From Syntrophales bacterium (lineage in GTDB: Bacteria; Desulfobacterota; Syntrophia; Syntrophales; UBA6807), in the NCBI GenBank assembly GCA_040767195.1, contig JAXGPA010000002.1, forward strand, positions 224,001 to 288,000: a DNA stretch of 64,000 bases, written 5' to 3'. Below are positions 28,857 to 35,978 of the stretch, piece after piece. Under the pieces are notes generated by a model, which was not told the DNA's origin, did no database searches, and saw only the letters and a program-made list of their open reading frames with translations. Both the position numbers and the translations under genes were made by a program. How positions within the stretch are numbered: the stretch's first letter is position 1; each line of letters starts with the position of its first letter.

Positions 28857-29987
28857 ATGGCTTCTATTCAAAGCGGAAAAATCGCCTGCTTGATCCGGGG
28901 GCTCCTCCTGCCGGAAAAATACGGCATTCTGTTCGACAGGCAGACCTTCCCGTTGAAACACCTGTCCTGGCAGAAAAAACTGAATTACGTCATTCAGGGA
29001 ATCCGAAGCGGATTCAATCCCTGGAACGGGTTTGGGTTACCCCCGGTTCTCCAGATCGAACCCGTGAATGACTGCAATCTCCGCTGCCGGACCTGCGCGT
29101 TCGGAGCCGGCCTGATCCGCAGGCCGCCTGAAGCCATGCCCTTCGATCTCTACAAGTCGATCATCGACCAGGTCGCAAACAGGGTGAGCCTCATGGCCTT
29201 CTGGGCCTGGGGCGAACCGTTTGCGCACGAAGAGGCCTGCGACATGATCCGGTATGCCAAGGACAGCGGCCTTCTCGTACACACGAGCACAAACGGTCAT
29301 TTTTTTACCACGGCGGCGGAAGCCCGCCGGGTCATCGATTCCGGCCTCGACAGCATCATCCTGTGCGTCGACGGGCTCGATCAGAGAACCTACGAAACAT
29401 ACCGCGTGAGAGGACAGCTTGAAAAAGTCCTGACCTCCACGGAAAATCTCGTGACCGAGAAAAGAAGGCTCGGGAAGGCGACACCGACAATCACTCTCCG
29501 TTTCCTTGTCATGAAACACAACGAACACCAAGTCGAGGCTTTCAAGGCAATGGCCCGGGAGATGGGCGTGGACGCCTTGAGCCTCCGCCTTCCCGCCGTC
29601 CAGCGGGAAAAGGTCAACCTGGAGAAAACCCTGGCCCCCCGTCTGATGCCGATCCAGGAGGATTCTGGGGAAAAAAGGCACCGGGGAAGCCGGATATGGT
29701 GTCCATCTTCGGCACCCTGCAGCCGGCCTTTGGCGAATCTCACGATTTTCAGCAACGGGGATGTCGTTCTCTGCGAAAACGACTACAATGCCGAGTTCTC
29801 TCCGGGGAATGCTTCCCGAAACCGCATTCGGGATATTCTTTCGTCCAGAAAGGCGAAAGCTCTTCTTGAAGCTTTCCGGCGAAATCCTGAAAGCCTGCCT
29901 TTTTGCCGAAACTGTGACAAACACGACCTGAAAGGCGACAGGCTGAACATCTACCACCGGAAAATCGAAAAGGAGACTTCCACCTGA
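28857..29987 (+). CDS. Radical SAM protein with SPASM/twitch domain
   Basis: 'CNLRCRTC', 'WGEPF', 'STNG', C-terminal 'C...GDVVLC...CRNC'. Confidence 0.88.
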   Translation: MASIQSGKIACLIRGLLLPEKYGILFDRQTFPLKHLSWQKKLNYVIQGIRSGFNPWNGFGLPPVLQIEPVNDCNLRCRTCAFGAGLIRRPPEAMPFDLYKSIIDQVANRVSLMAFWAWGEPFAHEEACDMIRYAKDSGLLVHTSTNGHFFTTAAEARRVIDSGLDSIILCVDGLDQRTYETYRVRGQLEKVLTSTENLVTEKRRLGKATPTITLRFLVMKHNEHQVEAFKAMAREMGVDALSLRLPAVQREKVNLEKTLAPRLMPIQEDSGEKRHRGSRIWCPSSAPCSRPLANLTIFSNGDVVLCENDYNAEFSPGNASRNRIRDILSSRKAKALLEAFRRNPESLPFCRNCDKHDLKGDRLNIYHRKIEKETST

Positions 29988-31099
29988 TGGAGAAGCTGGC
30001 CAAGAAGATCCTCTTCCGTCACGGCGGGTATGAGGCAGCGAGAAAAATCCATTATTTCCTGGCAACCCGGAAGTTGGAAAGAAAGATAGGTCGCTTTCAG
30101 GAAACAGGGCGCCTGCCTCTGCCCGATTCCGCCATGTTCGAACTCACCCAGCGGTGCAACCTGAACTGCCGGATGTGCTACCAGGACCGTAAGGCCCTGA
30201 CGGAAAAATCCGAGATCGAAGGCCGGGAAATCGGGAGTTTTTTCCAGGAGAATTCTTTTCTGAAAAAAGTGACCCTTTACGGTGGCGAAATATTCCTTCG
30301 GAAGGACCTTCTGGACATCGTCCGTTCTCTCGGTCCCGGCCGGAACATCATCCTCCCTACGAACGGAACCCTGGTCGGGGAGCGGCACGTGGAAGAACTG
30401 AAACGACTCGACTCCGTCAGCACGATGTGCATCTCCCTGGATGGGCCCGCCGACATTCACGATGCCATCCGGGGACGGAGCGGAACCTTCCGGAAGGCCG
30501 CAGAGACCGCTCGCTCCCTGGCTCCGGTCATTCCCGTCACGGTCACATCGGTCATACAGAACGACAACATCGAGGTCCTTCCAGAAATGGTCGATTTTTG
30601 CGCCTCCCTGGGCGTCCGCAAGGTGAAATACGAAATAGAACGCCTGTACGGAGAAGAAAGAATGAACCGGACGATCCGTTCGGCAGGTCTTCACGAAGGG
30701 GAAACGGCGGTTCTCATGAAGGGCAGAATCCGGGACTACTCACTGGAGACGTTGCGCCGTGTTTTGGAAGAATGCCTGCGGAAGGGAAAAAAGAGAGGCG
30801 TCTACGTCACATTTGAACCGCCCTACCTGATGGAGGAACTCGAAAGCTGCTATCACAACAACCTCCGCCAGAAATACCGGTGTTTCTGCCGCGGATTCTC
30901 CATGGCGACCATCGCCCCCGACGGCGACGTTCTGCACTGTTACGTCATCCGCAAAACCTTCGGAAACATCAGGGAACGATCTCTCGCCGACATCTGGAAT
31001 TCCCCAGAGGCTGCCCGTTTCCGCAAAAACCTCCTCGAACAGAACCTGACGCCGATCTGTGAGAACTGCGGGTTCATGACCCTCGGAAAGAATAAATGA
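29987..31099 (+). CDS. Radical SAM protein with SPASM/twitch domain
   Basis: 'CNLNCRMC', 'GGEIF', 'TNG', 'ISLDG', 'GDVLHC...CENC'; TGATG coupling to the upstream gene. Confidence 0.9.
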   Translation: MEKLAKKILFRHGGYEAARKIHYFLATRKLERKIGRFQETGRLPLPDSAMFELTQRCNLNCRMCYQDRKALTEKSEIEGREIGSFFQENSFLKKVTLYGGEIFLRKDLLDIVRSLGPGRNIILPTNGTLVGERHVEELKRLDSVSTMCISLDGPADIHDAIRGRSGTFRKAAETARSLAPVIPVTVTSVIQNDNIEVLPEMVDFCASLGVRKVKYEIERLYGEERMNRTIRSAGLHEGETAVLMKGRIRDYSLETLRRVLEECLRKGKKRGVYVTFEPPYLMEELESCYHNNLRQKYRCFCRGFSMATIAPDGDVLHCYVIRKTFGNIRERSLADIWNSPEAARFRKNLLEQNLTPICENCGFMTLGKNK

Positions 31100-31115
31100 C
31101 GCCGGAACCTCACGA

Positions 31116-32069
31116 TCAATAAAAGAGCCTTCCGTTCAACCGGCCGATGGCGTGAAGGGTAGCCCTGTCCAGAACGTTTCGATGTTTCAGAACAGCGGGG
31201 ACGCCCTTGAGACAATCCCTGATTCCATAAATGTAAGACAGGAAATGCCGCTCCCGAAGAGCTCTCAGAAAGAGATATCCCCACCAGAAACAGGCATAAG
31301 AAACCACGCAAGGCCAGGGAAGGTTGCGAAGAGAAAGCCATACCCGGTTTCTGGCATTGGAGTAGATCCATCGATCCGACGGCCTCGCCTCGGGGCTCAC
31401 CCGGTGGTGGACGACGAGATCGGAAGCCCGGACGATCCGGTATCCCCGCCGCAGCACCCGCCAGGAAAGATCCAGTTCTTCGCAGCCATAGAAGAAAGGC
31501 TCGAAAAAAGCACCCACCTCCTCTACGATCTCCCGGCGAATCGCGAAAGCCACGGCACAGAAATAGGAGGCCTCATAGTCTTCATGAAGGACGGCCTTGT
31601 CCCTTCGAGGAATGGCCGCGTAGTCTGTTTCTCCCGAGGGAAAGAGGCGGGAGTCGGCGTTCAGGATTCCCAGGGCCGGATCCTGCCGAAACCGTTCCCG
31701 GATTCTCGACAGGGCTTTCGAATCGGCAAAAGAGGCGTCATCATCGAGGAAAACCAGGAGATCTCCCGTTGCCAGGCGGATGCCGGCGTTCCGTCCGCCC
31801 GTCGGTCCCCCGTTGGCGTTGAGCCGCTTGAAACGGACATTCCGCCAGCCCTCGAGATAGATTTTCCCTTCCGCCGTGGAACCGTTGTCCACGACGACGA
31901 GTTCGAAATCCCCGTCCTGGCACCTCAGAGTCGCCAGGGTCCGGTTGATTTCGTCGTACCGGTTGTAGGTTATGAGGATGAGGCTGACCGACGGCGAGGG
32001 CCTTTTTCCAGTCCCGTTTCCTGTGTGCTCCATCCTTTCTGTCATGGAACCCGGGGACGCTTTTTCCAT
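31116..32069 (-). CDS. Glycosyltransferase family 2
   Basis: 'LITYNR', 'VVDNGS', 'GRNAG', 'FLDDD', 'EELDLSWR'. Confidence 0.9.
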   Translation of the reverse strand: MEKASPGSMTERMEHTGNGTGKRPSPSVSLILITYNRYDEINRTLATLRCQDGDFELVVVDNGSTAEGKIYLEGWRNVRFKRLNANGGPTGGRNAGIRLATGDLLVFLDDDASFADSKALSRIRERFRQDPALGILNADSRLFPSGETDYAAIPRRDKAVLHEDYEASYFCAVAFAIRREIVEEVGAFFEPFFYGCEELDLSWRVLRRGYRIVRASDLVVHHRVSPEARPSDRWIYSNARNRVWLSLRNLPWPCVVSYACFWWGYLFLRALRERHFLSYIYGIRDCLKGVPAVLKHRNVLDRATLHAIGRLNGRLFY

Positions 32070-33068
32070 TTACGCCTCATCGGTCCGTGACGCCTTCACT
32101 GTCTCCGGGGACGTTTGTTCTCTCTCCGGGCGGTCCAGTTCCAGTTTCCGCACGCGGTAAAGGACCTCCTCAACGAGTTTCCGGTTGAAGGAGATGACGT
32201 CACCTACGATTCCCACGACGATGAGCTGGAAACCGATGATGAAGAGGATGGCCGCCAGGATGAGTGACTGGATGTGTCCCGCCTGGTGGCTGATCAGGAA
32301 GTTGACGAGAAATCGGATCGACGGGATGAGACCGAGGAAGATGAAGAAGCCTCCCATGAGCGTGAAGACCTTGAGGGGGCGGAACATGGTGTAGGTCCTG
32401 ACCATGGTGGCCATCTGGCTCGTGACAAACCCGAAGAGGTGCTTCATGAGACGGGACTCGCGGGTTTTCGGGTTCGTGCCGATGGCCACGGTGGCGATGG
32501 CGAGCCCCTTGTTGCCCGCCTGGAGGATCGTCTCCACGGTATAGGAGTAATTGGACAGTATGTTGAGCTGCAGGGCCGCCTCGCGGCTGAAGGCCCGAAA
32601 GCCGCTGACGGCGTCGGTGACGTCCGTCCCGGACAGGCGCCGGACGACAAAGCTCCCCAGTCTTTGGAGCATCTTCTTCTTCATGGAGAAATGGGGGATG
32701 TCGTTGGTCCTGCGGTCGCCGACGACCATCTCGGCCTTTCCGTCGAGGATCGGCGCGATGAGCCTCGGGATGTCCTCTCCCCGGTACTGGTTATCCCCGT
32801 CGGTGTTCACGATGATGTCCGCCCCGAGGCGGAGGGAGGCGTCGAGCCCGACGAGGAAGGTCCTGGCCAGGCCCCGGTTCCGGATGTTCCGGACGATGTG
32901 GTGGACCCCCGCTCTCCGGGCGGCCTCCAGGGTGCCGTCGGTGCTCCCGTCGTCGATGACGAGGATCTCCACGGCGTCGATTCCGGCGATGGCCCGGGGA
33001 ATGTCCGCGACGGTCCGGGGAAGGGTCTCTTCCTCGTTGTAGCAGGGAATCTGGACAATCAGTTTCAT
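32070..33068 (-). CDS. Glycosyltransferase family 2 (polyprenol-phosphate glycosyltransferase, DPM1/ArnC-like)
   Basis: 'QIPCYNEE', 'IDDGSTD', 'NTDGDNQY', 'DAVSGFRA'; two C-terminal TMs. Confidence 0.9.
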   Translation of the reverse strand: MKLIVQIPCYNEEETLPRTVADIPRAIAGIDAVEILVIDDGSTDGTLEAARRAGVHHIVRNIRNRGLARTFLVGLDASLRLGADIIVNTDGDNQYRGEDIPRLIAPILDGKAEMVVGDRRTNDIPHFSMKKKMLQRLGSFVVRRLSGTDVTDAVSGFRAFSREAALQLNILSNYSYTVETILQAGNKGLAIATVAIGTNPKTRESRLMKHLFGFVTSQMATMVRTYTMFRPLKVFTLMGGFFIFLGLIPSIRFLVNFLISHQAGHIQSLILAAILFIIGFQLIVVGIVGDVISFNRKLVEEVLYRVRKLELDRPEREQTSPETVKASRTDEA

Positions 33069-33118
33069 CGCACGGTCCTTTCGACGGCCCAGCCTGAAGA
33101 CCGAGAAAAACCAGCCCG

Positions 33119-34945
33119 TCAGGGCTCTTTCGCCGCGTAGGCGGCATCGATGAGATCCCGGTACCGCTCGAAGACGATCCGACGCTTCAATTTCATGGTC
33201 TGGGTCAGCGTCCCGTTCTCGAGGGAGAAATTCTCCTTCAGGAAAATGAATTTCCGGGGGACTTCGTAACCGCCGTATTTCCCCTTCAGAGACAGGAGGA
33301 TCTGCCCGGTCACGTCCTCCCGGACATCGGGCCGGTCGATCCAGTCCTCCGGGTTTCCCGGGAGGTTCTTCGCCCGCCCGTGGGCTTCCAGGACGGCCAT
33401 GTCCAGGATGAGAAGACAGACATTGTAAGGACGGTTTTCCCCGTAAATCATGGCGTTTTCCACCAATGGAACGAGACGGATGTCTTCCTCCAGGGAAGCG
33501 GGAAAGACAAACTTGCCGTTCTCCAGCTTGTACTGCTCCTTGATCCTCCCGGTGATGTAGAGAAACCCGTCTTCGTCGAGCCGGCCCCGGTCCCCTGTCC
33601 GCAACCCGCCGTCCTCCATGAGAACGGCCCGGGTCTCCGCCGGCTTGTTGTGGTATCCCATCATGACATTGGGCCCGTAGACAACGATTTCACCATCGCC
33701 CAGCACCGGGTCGCCGTAGGTCTTGTCGATGACGACCTCGACCTTTTCGATGGCCCGCCCCACCGTTCCGAGACGGAAGGCGGCGGGGGCGTTCATGGTC
33801 ACCGCCGGCGACGTTTCCGTGAGACCGTAACAGTCGAAGACGGGAACGCCGATATCGAAGAAGAACTGGGCGATTTCCGGGTTCATGGCGGCGCTCCCCG
33901 ACAGGGCGGCCTTGAGGCGGCCCCCGAAAGCCTCCCGGATCTTCGCGAAGACGGCCCGGTCCCCGAAGGCGGCCTTCAGCTTCGTCCCAAACGCGGGGGA
34001 GCGCCCTTCGGCTTCCCCGAGCCGCTTCTCCCGGGCCCCCTCCAGGGCCATCAGGAAAAGCTTCTTTTTGAGCCCCCCCTCCCGGTTCATCCGTGCCCAC
34101 AGGCCGTCGTAAATGCGGTTGAACACCCGGGGCACGGCGATGAGAAAGGTGGGCCGGACACTGCGGAAGTCTTCCAGGAGGGTGTTAACGCCTCCCATGA
34201 TGCCGATGGATCCCCCCAGGTAGATCATGGTGTAAAGCTCCGCCGTCTGGCCGTAGGAATGGGCCCAGGGCAGGATGGACAGGCACACGTCCTCTTCCGT
34301 GAGCATGGGGAAATTCTTCCTCCCGGCATGAGAGTTGCTCGTGAAGTTCCCGTGGGTCAGGAGAACGCCCTTGGGGTCCCCCGTCGTCCCGGAGGTGTAG
34401 ATGAGAGCCGCCACGTCCTCCGCGGCGGGATGGAGGGCCGGCGGCGGGTTTTCCGCCCCGGTCCGTTCCAGCTCGGCCATCGTTCCGGGGCCGTCCCCCT
34501 CGATGAGGAGGACATGCTTCAGGCTTTCCATTCCCTGGATCACCGGCGTCAGCTTTTCAAGGATATCGGGGCTCGAAACGAAGAGAACCCGGACATCGGC
34601 ATCCTGGAGAATATACTGCCAGGTCCGGGGAAGCTCGGCCTCGTACATGGGGACGAAGCGGGCCCCGAGACCGTATGCGGCGAAGGCCGCCGCGGCCCAC
34701 TCGGGACGGTTGTTGGCGATGACCCCCACGGCGTCCCCCTTTGTGATCCCCAGCCTCGACAGGCCTCCCCGCAGGTTGTCCACCCGTTTTCCCATTTCCC
34801 CGTATGATATCCACCGGAAGGTCCCGTCCTCCCGGCGGACGCCGAAGAGGGGCCTTTCCGGAAACCGTCTGACGGACCTCTCGAAAAATTCCACCAGGTT
34901 GTCCGGCTTATCCAGGACAAACGACGTCTTCTTGGCTGTTTCCAT
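33119..34945 (-). CDS. Long-chain fatty acid--CoA ligase (AMP-forming)
   Basis: 'YTSGTTGDPKG', 'YGLTETSP', 'TGDRG', 'GRIKE', 'LTQTMKLKRR'; start placed at ATG 34945. Confidence 0.92.
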   Translation of the reverse strand: METAKKTSFVLDKPDNLVEFFERSVRRFPERPLFGVRREDGTFRWISYGEMGKRVDNLRGGLSRLGITKGDAVGVIANNRPEWAAAAFAAYGLGARFVPMYEAELPRTWQYILQDADVRVLFVSSPDILEKLTPVIQGMESLKHVLLIEGDGPGTMAELERTGAENPPPALHPAAEDVAALIYTSGTTGDPKGVLLTHGNFTSNSHAGRKNFPMLTEEDVCLSILPWAHSYGQTAELYTMIYLGGSIGIMGGVNTLLEDFRSVRPTFLIAVPRVFNRIYDGLWARMNREGGLKKKLFLMALEGAREKRLGEAEGRSPAFGTKLKAAFGDRAVFAKIREAFGGRLKAALSGSAAMNPEIAQFFFDIGVPVFDCYGLTETSPAVTMNAPAAFRLGTVGRAIEKVEVVIDKTYGDPVLGDGEIVVYGPNVMMGYHNKPAETRAVLMEDGGLRTGDRGRLDEDGFLYITGRIKEQYKLENGKFVFPASLEEDIRLVPLVENAMIYGENRPYNVCLLILDMAVLEAHGRAKNLPGNPEDWIDRPDVREDVTGQILLSLKGKYGGYEVPRKFIFLKENFSLENGTLTQTMKLKRRIVFERYRDLIDAAYAAKEP

Positions 34946-34950
34946 GATGT

Positions 34951-35778
34951 TCAAATTCCTTTCTCTCGAATAAAATCGACGGCATTTCGGAAAAGGGCGA
35001 GCCCCATGCCCTCCTCGGGAAGCGATTCCCGGGTCCACCGGGGATGGTTGGTGCAATGGAGAAAGGCCTCGGGGTGGGGCATGAGGCCGAAAACCCGCCC
35101 CGTCTCGTCGCAGACCCCGGCCACGGCCCGCAGGGATCCGTTGGGGTTTTCCGGGTAGTCCATCACGGCCGCCCGGCCCTCTTCGTCGCTGTACTGGACA
35201 ACAATGTGGCCGTTATTTTCCAGCCGGTCCAGGATGGATTCCTCCCGCACAAAAAACTTGCCCTCGCCGTGCCGAACGGGAAGGTACAGTCTCTCGAGGC
35301 CGCTCGTGAAGACGCAGGGGGAGGCGGTGTTCACCTTCAGGTAGACCCACCGGTCCTCGAACCGCCCCGAATCGTTGAAGGTCAGGGTCGCTTCCTGGCG
35401 GGCGTAGTTTCCATCGAACCCGGGAAGAAGCCCGAGCTTGACCATGAGCTGGAAGCCGTTGCAAACACCGAAAACGAGTTTCCCCGCCCCGATGAACCGG
35501 AGCAGCTGATCGAACAGCCTTTCCCCGCTCTCCCGGACCCGGCCGTGGAGGAAACGATTGGCTCCCGCCTTGGCTGAGCCCAGGTCGTCGCCGTCGACAA
35601 ATCCCCCGGGAAGGTTCAGGAAATCGTAGTCGTCGAGCCGTTTCTTACCCGCCAGCATTTCCCCCGTGTAGACGATGTCCACCCTGTCCGCGCCGGCCAG
35701 GCGGCAGGCGTGGGCCATTTCCATTTCGCAATTCACGCCGTTGCCCGTGAGAACGATGGCTTTGACCTTTCTTCCCAT
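34951..35778 (-). CDS. purQ: FGAM synthase glutaminase subunit
   Basis: 'GNGVNCE', 'PGGF..GDDL', 'GVCNGFQ', 'HGEG', 'NPNGS', 'LMPHPE'. Confidence 0.95.
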   Translation of the reverse strand: MGRKVKAIVLTGNGVNCEMEMAHACRLAGADRVDIVYTGEMLAGKKRLDDYDFLNLPGGFVDGDDLGSAKAGANRFLHGRVRESGERLFDQLLRFIGAGKLVFGVCNGFQLMVKLGLLPGFDGNYARQEATLTFNDSGRFEDRWVYLKVNTASPCVFTSGLERLYLPVRHGEGKFFVREESILDRLENNGHIVVQYSDEEGRAAVMDYPENPNGSLRAVAGVCDETGRVFGLMPHPEAFLHCTNHPRWTRESLPEEGMGLALFRNAVDFIREKGI

Positions 35779-35978
35779 TTTCTCTTTCTCCCTGAAAGGT
35801 TCCTTTTTCCTGCGACATGGGGTGCCGCGGCCCTGTCAACATTCCGGGACCCGCCTTTCCAGGCGGCTTTACATAAGGCCGGCGGGGGCCAGGCGTCCCA
35901 AACCGGGGAACCCGCCCGTCCGGGCCGGGTCCCGCTGCCGCCGGAAATGAGGCGCGGGCTTTTCGACCAGGCCGACGA

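Noticed and set aside
16295..31099. RiPP cluster (lasso cyclase-like AsnB plus SPASM enzymes)
   Set aside because: No precursor peptide, RRE/PqqD, B2 protease or peptide exporter seen; flippase and GT context fits a glycan better
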